Positions 15,375-24,078 of a DNA stretch of 34,468 bases are shown here, in pieces. Origin of the DNA: Acidobacteriota bacterium. Lineage in GTDB: Bacteria; Acidobacteriota; UBA4820; DSQY01. Both the position numbers and the translations under genes were made by a program. Below the pieces are notes generated by a model that saw only the letters and a program-made list of their open reading frames with translations, was not told where the DNA came from and ran no database searches. The stretch covers positions 1 through 34,468 of the forward strand of contig JBFLVU010000004.1 in assembly GCA_040758175.1 (NCBI GenBank). The letters are read 5' to 3'. Positions within the stretch are counted from its first letter, which is position 1. Each line of letters begins with the position of its first letter.

Positions 15375-17030
15375 TCAGGTGGGTTCCAACCCCTTGAGGC
15401 GCGAGGCCGCCGCGCCCATGCACCAGACGACCAGGGCAAAGCTCACGGCGCCCACTTGCATGGCGGCCCCTGCGAAGTCCGCCTCAGGACCCCGCCCGAC
15501 AAGGTGGGCGTAGTAGCGGTAGACGGGACGCGCCGAAAGGACAAGGACCACGCCCACGTAGAGCAGGGAGAGGAACATGTAGGTGAGCCCCCAGGCGCTC
15601 ATGACGGCCTTGGCCGGATTGCGCGCGTCGAAGACCGGCGCGATGCATCCCAGGCACAGCGCCAGGGCGGCCAGGGCCAGCGAGGAGGCCATGGCGAGGA
15701 ACAGCGTGTAGTGCAGGGCCTCCCCCCGCACGCCCAGGAACCGGTTCGACCCGTACAGGGCGCAGGACGCCAGTACGGAAAGGGGCACGGCGGTGAACAG
15801 GTATTTGGCCCAAAGGTAGGAGCCCACGCCCAGGGGGAGGGCTCGGGAGGCAAAGTACGCCTTCCCCTCGGAGGAAACGGCCGTGAACGCGAATCGGCCC
15901 GCCACCGAGGCCACGATGAGCCCCAGGGTGGCCAGGTTCCAGTAGGAGACGGCCACCTTGAGGACCGCCACCTCCTGGGGAAGAAGGCGCACGTTGAACA
16001 GGTAGATGACCACCAGGGCCGCCAGGATGATGAGCTGTCCCCACTGGGTGGGATCGCGGAAGAAGAGGAGGAGGTCCCTGCGCAGGACGGCCCGGGAGGC
16101 ACGGCCGGCCGGAGCCAACGATACGGCCGCCCTGACGAGGTTGAGGGCCGCACGGGACGGAGGCGCTCCGGGGCGCAGCCCCCCTTGCTCCTGGGCCCTC
16201 CCGTACCCCCTCGCGTGGAGGAGGCGGAGAAGGACCCCGAGAAAGACCAGGCTGGCCGACGCGAGGCTCGCCAGCCGCACCAGGCTCGGCAGGGCCTTGT
16301 CCCACCGGCCCTCGGCCCCGTGGACGATCAGGGAGGCCAGCCAGGTGGAGGGAAGGAGGCGCTCGCTGGGCATGGCAATGGAGCCTAAAACGTCCGCGAC
16401 TTGGAGGCTCGTGGCCGGGTTCAGCAAGGCCTCGGGGCGCGCCAGGCGGAAGAGGACGACCAGGAGGCACAGCATGACCACGGTGAGCACGGTGAGCACC
16501 TGGTGGAGCCTCCGGGCGGGAAAAAACCGGGCCATGAGGACCGTGAAGGAAATCCCCCAGGCCAGAGGCGTCGCGAGGTAAAGGAGGAGGCCGATCAGGT
16601 CCAGCGCCAGGACGGACGGAATTCGGCTCTGAAGGCTCCAGTAGGCCGCCGCGACGGGAATGAGGAGGAGGGCCACCATGTAGGATGCGCTCGACGCCGC
16701 CTCCAGAGCGCGGTACGCCCGGACGCCCCCCCGCCCCAAGGGAAGAGGAAGAAGGAGCGATAGGTCCTCGTCCAGGTAGAGAAAGGACAGGGCGCTCACG
16801 GAGGCCGAAAAGAGGAGGAGGGTGAACGTCGTCAGGAGAACCAGTCCCATGAGCTTGGCCGCCAGGGCGGCGAGCAGGGCGGCGGGAACCTCCTCCGTGG
16901 CCAGGAGGTTCTCGAAGATGCGCCGAAAGAAAAGGAAATCGGCCGCGAGGAAGCCCGCCCCCAGGACGACGAAGCCCGCTCCGAAGACACCCATCGCAGG
17001 CCGGAGCGGCCAGAGCCGGTGAAGAGCCAT
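15375..17030 (-). CDS. polytopic membrane protein, about 12 TM helices, ABC-2/putative-ABC-exporter permease-like, function unknown
   Basis: ORF 15375..17123 is strongly hydrophobic with many predicted helices. Both halves open with a similar cytoplasmic motif (ADFLFFRRIFENL and RRDLLLFFRDPTQWGQ). The start is uncertain: ATG 17030 chosen (no overlap with pcm). GTG 17123 or ATG 16994 are possible. Confidence 0.6.
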   Translation of the reverse strand: MALHRLWPLRPAMGVFGAGFVVLGAGFLAADFLFFRRIFENLLATEEVPAALLAALAAKLMGLVLLTTFTLLLFSASVSALSFLYLDEDLSLLLPLPLGRGGVRAYRALEAASSASYMVALLLIPVAAAYWSLQSRIPSVLALDLIGLLLYLATPLAWGISFTVLMARFFPARRLHQVLTVLTVVMLCLLVVLFRLARPEALLNPATSLQVADVLGSIAMPSERLLPSTWLASLIVHGAEGRWDKALPSLVRLASLASASLVFLGVLLRLLHARGYGRAQEQGGLRPGAPPSRAALNLVRAAVSLAPAGRASRAVLRRDLLLFFRDPTQWGQLIILAALVVIYLFNVRLLPQEVAVLKVAVSYWNLATLGLIVASVAGRFAFTAVSSEGKAYFASRALPLGVGSYLWAKYLFTAVPLSVLASCALYGSNRFLGVRGEALHYTLFLAMASSLALAALALCLGCIAPVFDARNPAKAVMSAWGLTYMFLSLLYVGVVLVLSARPVYRYYAHLVGRGPEADFAGAAMQVGAVSFALVVWCMGAAASRLKGLEPT

Positions 17031-17065
17031 GGCAATCCGGCATCGCAGGAGGAGCAGGGGCCCCC

Positions 17066-17683
17066 TCACCGCCGCTCCCCGAACTCGCCCAGGAGAGGAA
17101 CGAAGACGCACCGGTCTCTCCACTCCAAATCGAAGGCGCCCGAGGGCCTACGAGTGATCCTCAGGAGTGCCTGTCCCCCGCCCTCCCGGACGGGCGCCAG
17201 GACCATTCCCCCCGGCGCCACCTGCTCGAGGAGTGGCGGGGGGACGGCCGGACAGCAGGCCGACACCAGGATGCGGTCGAAGGGGGCCTCCTCCCGCCAT
17301 CCGTGTCCTCCGTCCCCGATACGGAGCGGAATTCCCGGGAATCCGGCGGCTTGGCAGTTGTCCGCGAGGCGGCGGGCCAGATCGGGGTGCCACTCGATCC
17401 CGAAAGCGCGAGCGCCCATGGCCGCCAGGAGAGCCAGGACATATCCCGATCCCGACCCCACCTCCAGCACCCTCATGCCCGGGCGGACCAGAAGCGCTTC
17501 CAGCATCAGGGCCACCATGTACGGTTGGCTCACGGTCTGGCCCAGGCCGATGGACACCGGGTGGTCTCCGTGAGCCCCGCCCTCGGCTTCCGGCGGTACG
17601 AAGTGGCGCCGGTCCACCCGGAGAAAGGCGCCCAGCACTCGCCTGGATCGGATCCCCCTCCCTGCGAGTTGCCTCCTCACCAT
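17066..17683 (-). CDS. pcm: protein-L-isoaspartate O-methyltransferase
   Basis: C-terminal 205 codons of ORF 17066..18928, starting at ATG 17683. Motifs [36 protein letters not shown] (SAM motif I), [18 protein letters not shown]. Confidence 0.88.
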   Translation of the reverse strand: MVRRQLAGRGIRSRRVLGAFLRVDRRHFVPPEAEGGAHGDHPVSIGLGQTVSQPYMVALMLEALLVRPGMRVLEVGSGSGYVLALLAAMGARAFGIEWHPDLARRLADNCQAAGFPGIPLRIGDGGHGWREEAPFDRILVSACCPAVPPPLLEQVAPGGMVLAPVREGGGQALLRITRRPSGAFDLEWRDRCVFVPLLGEFGERR

Positions 17684-17706
17684 CTCCCGGTTCGACGGGG
17701 AGCCTC

Positions 17707-18900
17707 TCACGGAACGGCCTCCGAGCCTCTGCGCCGCCGCACCAGCAGCGCGAAGGCGAAGCCCGCGGCCACGGCCAGGAAGGCGTCCGCACCCAGGGCC
17801 CAGCCCGGTCCGAAAGCGTCCCAGAGGAGACCCGTTACGAGGGAGGCGGGAAGAAGGGCGAGCCCCCGAACGGCGTGGTAGAGCCCCATTCCCGAACCCA
17901 TGAGCGATCCAGGGATCAACCCCGACAGGTAAGCCTTTTTCACCCCCTCCTCCACGGCCTGAAAGGGGCCGTAGAGAACGAAGAGGAGCAGGACGGCCCA
18001 GGGAGAATCGGCCACCGCGAAGCCCGCGTAGACGGCCCCGTAGTAGAAGAACGAGAGAAGCACGACGCGCCTTGGTCCCCAGGCGTCGGCCCACGCTCCC
18101 ACGGGCCCCGAAATGGCGGCGTAGAACAGGTTGAAGAGTGTGTAGACCCCCGTGACGCCCGCCATGGAGAAACCTGCCTCGCGGGCCTTCAGGAGGAGGA
18201 ACGTGTCGGACGAATTGGCCAAGGTGAAAAAGGCCGTCACGAGAAGGAAGTCCCGATACGCCCCCCCAAGGCGGATGGCCCGGCTCAAGGAGGGGCCGCG
18301 GCCCCGCATGGACGATTCGGGCACCCGGTCCTTCAGGAGCGGGATGAGCATCAGGGCCAGGACCCCGGGCGCCAGGCTCAGCCAAAAAATCCCCCGGATT
18401 CCGATGGCCGTCGAGGACAGGACCAGCGCCGCCACGGCGGGGCCAACGGCCGCTCCGGCCGTATCCATGGCCCGATGGACCCCGAAGGCCCGCCCGCGCT
18501 GTTCCGGCGGCGTGCTGTCCGCGATCACGGCATCCCGTGGGGCCGTTCGGATCCCCTTCCCGGTCCGATCCACCAGGCGTGCCCCGAAAACGGAGCCCCA
18601 CCCGCCCGCCGAGGCCAGCAAGGGGCGCGAAACGAGAGAGAGCCCGTAACCCAGGAGCATCGGAACCTTTCTGGTGCGGAACCGGTCCGAGAGCACGCCC
18701 GAAAACACCTTCAGGAGGCTCGCGAGGGCTTCCGCCACCCCTTCCACGAGGCCCAGGGAGGTTCGCGAGGCCTTGAGAACCCCCGTCAAGAAGAGGGGCA
18801 GGAGGGGGTAGACCATCTCCGAGGAGATATCGTTGAACAGGCTGACACAGCCCGCGATCCACACGTTCCGGGGGAGTCTCCTCGGCTCCATGGGGACCAT
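17707..18900 (-). CDS. MFS transporter
   Basis: 397 aa, about 12 TM helices. MFS loop motif [11 protein letters not shown] between TM2 and TM3, and DRTGKGIR after TM4. Confidence 0.8.
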   Translation of the reverse strand: MVPMEPRRLPRNVWIAGCVSLFNDISSEMVYPLLPLFLTGVLKASRTSLGLVEGVAEALASLLKVFSGVLSDRFRTRKVPMLLGYGLSLVSRPLLASAGGWGSVFGARLVDRTGKGIRTAPRDAVIADSTPPEQRGRAFGVHRAMDTAGAAVGPAVAALVLSSTAIGIRGIFWLSLAPGVLALMLIPLLKDRVPESSMRGRGPSLSRAIRLGGAYRDFLLVTAFFTLANSSDTFLLLKAREAGFSMAGVTGVYTLFNLFYAAISGPVGAWADAWGPRRVVLLSFFYYGAVYAGFAVADSPWAVLLLFVLYGPFQAVEEGVKKAYLSGLIPGSLMGSGMGLYHAVRGLALLPASLVTGLLWDAFGPGWALGADAFLAVAAGFAFALLVRRRRGSEAVP

Positions 18901-18999
18901 TGTCGCGCCCCGGCCTCCGGGGACGCAAGACGAGCCAGACGGGGAAGAGGCCCGGTGAACCTCCGCGGTTTCGTGCTACGCTTTCCGGGGAGGTGGGGA

Positions 19000-20007
19000 A
19001 TGGCTCTCCTGGACGACATCCGCGGGCGCGCGGGCGCCGATCTCAAGCGAATCGCCCTGCCCGAGGCGGAAGACCCCAGGACCCTGGAAGCCGTCCGGCT
19101 GATCCGCTCGGCCCGCACGGCGACGCCGGTCCTCGTGGGGGACCGGGGGCGGCTTTCCCAGCGGCTGATGGACCTGGGCTTGTCCGGCGCCGACGTGGAG
19201 ATCCTGGATCCTTCCGAGCCTCGATTCGAGCAGGAGGCGGCCAGGGCCTATCTGGAGCGCAACCGCAGTCGTGGAGCCACGGAGGACGAGGCGCGCGCGC
19301 GCGTCCGGAGCCCCCTGTACGCGGCGTGCCTCATGGCGGCCCAGGGAAGGGTCGACGGGGTGGTTTCGGGCGCCACCCATACGACCGCCGAATCAGTGCG
19401 GGCCTATCTCCGCTGCTTCGGCCCGGCGCTGGGCGTACGGACCGTCTCCTCCTTCTTTCTGATGGTCACCCCCCGGCGGGAGTTTGGCGAGGACGGCGTT
19501 TTCGTCTACTCCGACGCGGGACTGGTTCCCTATCCAACCTCGGACCAGCTCGCGGAGATCGCCCTTTGCGCCGCCGAGTCCTTCCGGCTTCTCGTGAACC
19601 GCGAGCCCAAGGTGGCCTTCCTCTCCTTCTCCACCAAAGGATCGGCCCGGCACGAGAGCGTGGACAAGGTGGTGCGGGCGTTGGAGACCTTCCGGGCCAG
19701 GGCTCCTCACGTGAAGGCCGACGGCGAGCTCCAGGGCGACGCGGCCCTCGTTCCGAAGGTGGGGGCCTCCAAGTCCCCTGGGAGCCCCGTGGCGGGTCAG
19801 GCCAACGTCCTCATCTTCCCTAACCTTGACGCGGGCAACATCGCCTACAAGCTCACGGAGAGGTTAGCCGGGGCCACCGCCCTCGGCCCCATTCTCCAGG
19901 GTCTCTCGGCCGCGGCCAACGATCTCAGCCGGGGTTGCTCGGCCCAGGACATCGCGGACGTGGCCGCCGTCACTGCCGTGCAGGCTCAGGCCCTGCGCGC
20001 CCGGTGA
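19000..20007 (+). CDS. pta: phosphate acetyltransferase (Pta/EutD class, about 335 aa)
   Basis: C-terminal 335 codons of ORF 17167..20007. ATG 19000 after GGGGAGGTGGGG. Motifs [65 protein letters not shown]. Confidence 0.88.
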   Translation: MALLDDIRGRAGADLKRIALPEAEDPRTLEAVRLIRSARTATPVLVGDRGRLSQRLMDLGLSGADVEILDPSEPRFEQEAARAYLERNRSRGATEDEARARVRSPLYAACLMAAQGRVDGVVSGATHTTAESVRAYLRCFGPALGVRTVSSFFLMVTPRREFGEDGVFVYSDAGLVPYPTSDQLAEIALCAAESFRLLVNREPKVAFLSFSTKGSARHESVDKVVRALETFRARAPHVKADGELQGDAALVPKVGASKSPGSPVAGQANVLIFPNLDAGNIAYKLTERLAGATALGPILQGLSAAANDLSRGCSAQDIADVAAVTAVQAQALRAR

Positions 20008-20018
20008 GGGAAGAGAGA

Positions 20019-20714
20019 ATGGCGGAGCCGCCGCCTGCGTCGCCTTCCCAGCTCCGGGTCGCTACCGCCGCCCTCATCCCGGCGCGACAATGCGGGGACG
20101 CCGTCGGTCCGATCGTCCGGAGCCTCGTCCACCTCGGGCTTTCGGTGACCGTGGTGGACGACGGATCCTCCGACGGAACGGGAAGGGAGGCCGCCGCGGC
20201 CGGGGCTCGGGTCTTGGCGCGGCCCGTGCCCGCCGGGAAGGGGGCGGCCCTGCGCCTCGGGCTGGCGGATCTGCTGCGCGATCCGGCGCTGGATTGGATC
20301 CTGCTCATGGACGGGGACGGTCAGCACCTACCCGCAGAGGCCGAGCGCCTCCTCCGGGCCCGGGCTCCGGGGATCGACCTGATCCTCGGGAATCGGATGG
20401 GGCAATCCGAGCACTTTCCCCCACTGAGGCTGTGGGCGAACCGCCTCGGAACGGGGCTCGTGGCCTTATTGACCCGAGAGCCGATCCCCGACTCCCAGTG
20501 CGGGTTCCGGGTTCTCCGAGCCAGCCTGGCCCGCTCGATCCGCATCGAATCCGACGGCTTCGGCGTGGACGCCGAGATCCTCCTCAAGGCTCTCGGCGCG
20601 AAGGCGCGATGGACCCACGTGCCCGTGAGCGCGGTGTATCAGGGAGGAGGGAGCCACTTCCGGGCCGTGGCCGACACCGTCGGGGTCCTGATGGCGATCC
20701 TGCGCCATGCCTGA
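20019..20714 (+). CDS. family 2 glycosyltransferase (polyprenyl-phosphate glycosyltransferase-like, soluble)
   Basis: ATG 20019, 11 nt after the pta stop. Motifs VTVVDDGSSDGT, GKGAALRLG, LLMDGDGQH (DXD-type), DSQCGFRV. Confidence 0.8.
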   Translation: MAEPPPASPSQLRVATAALIPARQCGDAVGPIVRSLVHLGLSVTVVDDGSSDGTGREAAAAGARVLARPVPAGKGAALRLGLADLLRDPALDWILLMDGDGQHLPAEAERLLRARAPGIDLILGNRMGQSEHFPPLRLWANRLGTGLVALLTREPIPDSQCGFRVLRASLARSIRIESDGFGVDAEILLKALGAKARWTHVPVSAVYQGGGSHFRAVADTVGVLMAILRHA

Positions 20715-21594
20715 CCGTGCGCCTTCGGTCCCCTGGGGCGGGGGTCCCCTGAACCGGGGTTGGCTCCTCGGGCTGGGCGAGGCCGTGGCCCCCGCTCTCT
20801 CCCAGCGGGTGTCCCGGGCGCTGGCCGAGTCCCTGGCGGAAGCCTACGCGGCGCACGTGCCGGAGGCCCGGAGGGCCCTCGCGTCCAACCTGCGGGGCGC
20901 CTTTCCCGGCTTACCCCCAGGAGGCCCGGAGGAACTCGCGGTCCGGACGCTTCGCGCCTACGCCCGCGGCGTTTCGGACTACCTGCGGGCGTCCGCCGAC
21001 CCGCCCCGCGTCTTTCCCCAGTCGCCGGAGGCCTCGAAGCGGATAGCCTCAAAGGGCGGCAAGGTCCTCGTCACGGCCCACCTGGGCAACTGGGAGGTCG
21101 GCGGGGCTTTCCTGGCCGAATCCGTGGGGCCGCATTGGATCCTGGGCTTTCCGGAGCCGGATCCGGGTCTGGAACGCTTTCGGAGCCGGAGGCGGGAGCG
21201 ACAAGGTCACCGGTATCTCCCCGCGGACGCCGTTCTCCAGGCCCTGCCCGCGCTCCGGTCATCCCTGGAGCGAGGAGAGAGCGCGGTGGTCCTCGCCGAC
21301 CGGGCCTTGGGGAGAGACCGCGCGCCGGTCGCCTTTCGGGGACGGCCCGCCCATTTCCTCCGAAGTCCGGCCCTCCTGGCGTCCCTGGCCGGCGTCCCCC
21401 TGGTGCCCGTTGCGGTCATGGCCGAGGAGGACGGAACCTACACGGCCTGGGTGGGCGAACCCGCATGGTGCGGGGGGGACGACGGCTCGGTCCGCGCCGC
21501 GCTCCAGGGGACGGCGGACTTCTTCGGGGCCGTATTGGAACGGTATCCGGACCAGTGGTACACTTTTTATCCGTATTGGCAGGAGGGTCCATGA
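20707..21594 (+). CDS. LpxL/HtrB/PatA-family lipid (lysophospholipid / lipid A-type) acyltransferase
   Basis: 295 aa. Start overlaps the GT2 stop by 8 nt (ATGCCTGA). The catalytic-region motif TAHLGNWEVGG is typical of the Lip_A_acyltrans family. C-terminus RYPDQWYTFYPYW is also family-typical. Confidence 0.7.
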   Translation: MPDRAPSVPWGGGPLNRGWLLGLGEAVAPALSQRVSRALAESLAEAYAAHVPEARRALASNLRGAFPGLPPGGPEELAVRTLRAYARGVSDYLRASADPPRVFPQSPEASKRIASKGGKVLVTAHLGNWEVGGAFLAESVGPHWILGFPEPDPGLERFRSRRRERQGHRYLPADAVLQALPALRSSLERGESAVVLADRALGRDRAPVAFRGRPAHFLRSPALLASLAGVPLVPVAVMAEEDGTYTAWVGEPAWCGGDDGSVRAALQGTADFFGAVLERYPDQWYTFYPYWQEGP

Positions 21595-21938
21595 CGAACC
21601 TGGAGGTCACGTCGGAGACGCGGGACGGCGTCGTGATCGTCCGCCTCAAGGGCTTCCTGGATGCCCACAACCACGGGCTCTTCCGGGAGTGCGTTGCGGA
21701 CCATGTAGCCCGCGGAGCTGAAAGGCTCGTGGTGGACTTTTCTCAGCTCGTGTACATCGGCTCCTCCGGCATCGAAGTCGTCCTCTCCCATATCCAACCC
21801 CTCAGGGACCGGGGGGGAGACATGATCTTGTGCGGCATGTCGCCGAAGATCTTCAAGGTGTTCGACCTCCTTGGACTGCCCGCGCTGTTCGTGATCTGCA
21901 AGGACGCCGAAGAAGCCCTCCAAAAGGTCCATGGGTGA
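21591..21938 (+). CDS. STAS-domain anti-sigma-factor antagonist (SpoIIAA-like)
   Basis: 115 aa. ATG overlaps the upstream stop (ATGA). IVRLKGFLDAHN..., VVDFSQLVYIGSSGIEVV (phosphorylatable Ser context), KIFKVFDLLGL. Confidence 0.8.
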   Translation: MTNLEVTSETRDGVVIVRLKGFLDAHNHGLFRECVADHVARGAERLVVDFSQLVYIGSSGIEVVLSHIQPLRDRGGDMILCGMSPKIFKVFDLLGLPALFVICKDAEEALQKVHG

Positions 21939-22554
21939 TCCCTGGACCTACCTCCGCCCGCTGGAACCCGCCTTCGCCGAGCGCAAGGAGAAGGGCTCCC
22001 GGTTCCTGGGTCATGCGGGGCCCATCGATTCTCCGGCGGGGGCCCTCGCCTTTCTGGATGGGCTGAGGCGCCGCTACCACGACGCGACTCACCACTGTTG
22101 GGCGTACCGCTCCGGCTGGGGGAGTGCTCTGGAGTCTCGCTTCTCGGACGATGGGGAGCCCTCAAGGACGGCCGGACTTCCCATACTCCAGGCGATGGAA
22201 GCCCGCGGCGTCTCGGACGCGTGCGTGGTCGTCGTGAGATACTTCGGCGGGATCAAACTGGGGCCGGGCGGCCTGGCGCGCGCCTACAGGACGGCGGCCG
22301 CCGAGGCCCTTGATGCCGCCCGGCTCACGCCCCATGTTATACGCGTCGAAACGGAGGTCGCGATCCCCTATGGGCTTCAGAGCCTCCTTCGGAGGGAGGC
22401 CGACCGGCTGGGTGTGGAGTTGGAGGACGTCGGCTACGGAGAGCGCCTCACCGTCCGTGCGCGAGTCCCCAAGGGGCGGTGGACGAAGTTCGAGACCGCC
22501 CTTGGGGCCCTGTCCGAATCCTGCGGGGGAGGAATCACATGGAAATCGAAGTGA
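21931..22554 (+). CDS. yigZ: YigZ / IMPACT-family (UPF0029) protein
   Basis: 207 aa. Start overlaps the STAS stop by 8 nt (ATGGGTGA). Motifs KGSRFLGHA, DATHHCWAYR, FSDDGEPSRTAG.PIL, VVVVRYFGGIKLGPGGLARAY. Confidence 0.8.
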   Translation: MGDPWTYLRPLEPAFAERKEKGSRFLGHAGPIDSPAGALAFLDGLRRRYHDATHHCWAYRSGWGSALESRFSDDGEPSRTAGLPILQAMEARGVSDACVVVVRYFGGIKLGPGGLARAYRTAAAEALDAARLTPHVIRVETEVAIPYGLQSLLRREADRLGVELEDVGYGERLTVRARVPKGRWTKFETALGALSESCGGGITWKSK

Positions 22555-23102
22555 AGGTGGCCGTGGAATCCCTCCCGACGGTGGCCGAGAAGGCGAGGCG
22601 GCTCGGGTTCGAGGAGGTGGAGCCCAGGCACTTTGAGGCCAACACCCTCTACGACTTCCCTGGGCGCCCCCTCTCCGTGGCGGGGTGCCTCCTGAGGGTA
22701 AGGGAGTGCCGGGGTGCGGCGCTCCTGACCTTCAAGGGCCGGCTGGTCCAGCACGAACGGTACAAGATCCGTCCCGAAAAGGAGACCGTCTGCCAGAGCG
22801 CCGAGTCCCTCCGGGGGATTCTGGAGGGGATCGGCCTCCGCCCCTTCTTCCGGTACGAAAAGTTCCGCACGGAGTTCCGCGCCCCTTCCAACACCCTCCT
22901 TTGCCTGGACGAGATGCCCTTCGGCCCTTACCTGGAGCTGGAGGGAGAGCCGGAGGGCATCGAGGCCGTCGCCTCGGCCCTTTCCATCGACCCGGAATCC
23001 TACATCCGCAGGTCATACGCCGACCTATACGGGGAGCACTGCCGGAAGCTCGGAATGCCCTTCGGCGATATCCTCTTTCCTCCGGATCATGACCGCACCT
23101 AG
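22539..23102 (+). CDS. CYTH-domain protein (class IV adenylate cyclase / triphosphate tunnel metalloenzyme family)
   Basis: Inner part of ORF 22479..23102. ATG 22539 after GGGGGAGGA, overlapping the yigZ end by 16 nt. N-terminal MEIEVKVAV is the ExExK signature. Then LRVRE, LTFKG, EKETV, RYEKFRTEF, LELEGE. Confidence 0.75.
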   Translation: MEIEVKVAVESLPTVAEKARRLGFEEVEPRHFEANTLYDFPGRPLSVAGCLLRVRECRGAALLTFKGRLVQHERYKIRPEKETVCQSAESLRGILEGIGLRPFFRYEKFRTEFRAPSNTLLCLDEMPFGPYLELEGEPEGIEAVASALSIDPESYIRRSYADLYGEHCRKLGMPFGDILFPPDHDRT

Positions 23103-24027
23103 GGCTGTCGTTCTTGCGGCGGGGCTGGGGACCCGGATGCGGCCCCTCTCCCTCCGATGGCCGAAGCCCGCCCTCCCCTTCCTGAATCGGCCCCTGCTCC
23201 ACTGGATCCTGGACGGGCTTGAGGAAGCCGGAGTCCGGGAGGTTCTCGTCAATCTCCATCATCGCCCCACCATGCTGACCCGCGTGGGGGCCTCGCGGAC
23301 GGGTCCGTCGTCCATTCGTTGGTCTTTCGAGCCCACGATCCTGGGCACGGCGGGGCCCCTCCCGGTCCTGGCGGCCGACCTGGGTCGGGATCCCTTCCTC
23401 GTTCTGAACGGGGACACCCTTTTCCTCCCCCCGATAGAGGCCCTGTGGTCCGAACTGCAGGCGCATCCGGAGGCTCTCTGCGCCATGGCCCTCCGGCCCC
23501 GGGAAGGGTCCTACACGGCCGTGGAAATGGACGAATGGGGACGGATCGTTGATTTCGGACGCGGCACCTATCACTTTTCCGGGGCCTACATGGCGCGGCC
23601 GGACCTGTTCGCTCGACTGGCCCCAGGGCGACCCGCCGAGCTCGTCACCCACGTCCTGCGCCCGCTCCTATCCTCGGGACGGATACGAGGAGTCTCCGCC
23701 GCAGGTCCCTGGTCCGACCTGGGGAGCCCTTCGGGGTACCTGGAAGCGGCCATGCGGCGGCTCGGCGCCATGTCCTGCGGGGAGTTTCGGGTTCCCGAGG
23801 GGTCGCGAATGGAGGTCCGGGACGGGTCCCCCCTCCTCCTCCATCCCACCGCCTGGGCCTCCCGGCGCTCGGAGGTTTCAGGGCCTCTGGTGCTGGAAGA
23901 AGGGGCCCTCCTCGGCCCCCGGTGCCGAGCCGGTTGGGCAGTGCTTCTCCCCGGCGCCCGCCCGGCGCCGAGTCAGGCCCTGGAAGGCGTCCTGGTGTGG
24001 CCGGGAGGGATGATGAACGCATCGTGA
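23089..24027 (+). CDS. nucleotidyltransferase (NDP-sugar pyrophosphorylase family)
   Basis: 312 aa. ATG overlaps the CYTH gene end by 14 nt. N-terminus AVVLAAGLGTRMRPLSLRWPKPALPFLNRPLL is the GXGTRXXPLT...PKP signature. The sugar specificity cannot be read from the sequence. Confidence 0.8.
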   Translation: MTAPRAVVLAAGLGTRMRPLSLRWPKPALPFLNRPLLHWILDGLEEAGVREVLVNLHHRPTMLTRVGASRTGPSSIRWSFEPTILGTAGPLPVLAADLGRDPFLVLNGDTLFLPPIEALWSELQAHPEALCAMALRPREGSYTAVEMDEWGRIVDFGRGTYHFSGAYMARPDLFARLAPGRPAELVTHVLRPLLSSGRIRGVSAAGPWSDLGSPSGYLEAAMRRLGAMSCGEFRVPEGSRMEVRDGSPLLLHPTAWASRRSEVSGPLVLEEGALLGPRCRAGWAVLLPGARPAPSQALEGVLVWPGGMMNAS

Positions 24028-24078
24028 GGGAGAATCCGCGTTGTGTTTTAATGATCCGCTGAGGGAGGGAACCCCAAG

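Noticed and set aside
15284-15439. N-terminal extension of the Cys/Met PLP enzyme ORF, and a possible SAM riboswitch in its leader
   Set aside because: The extension lacks an RBS and is low-complexity, whereas ATG 15283 has GAAGGAGAA and aligns with the family N-terminus. The 91-nt leader is too short, and I could not recognise any SAM-I/II/SAH core. It is kept only as a palindrome observation.
15210-17043. ORFs 15210..16388 (+) and 15484..17043 (-) overlapping the 12-TM membrane protein gene
   Set aside because: Pro/Gly/Arg-rich translations. The hydrophobic frame 15375..17123 is the only one with protein-like composition.
17066-18928. 620-aa minus-strand ORF spanning pcm and the MFS region
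   Set aside because: Only the C-terminal 205 codons (pcm, from ATG 17683) have real motifs. The upstream part is an alternate frame of the MFS gene with low-complexity Gly/Arg/Pro composition.
17167-20007. 946-aa ORF on the plus strand, the longest in the track
   Set aside because: Only the last 335 codons (from ATG 19000 with a good RBS) look like a protein (Pta). The first 610 codons are Arg/Pro/Gly-rich and run antisense to the well-supported pcm and MFS genes. This is a GC-content artefact.
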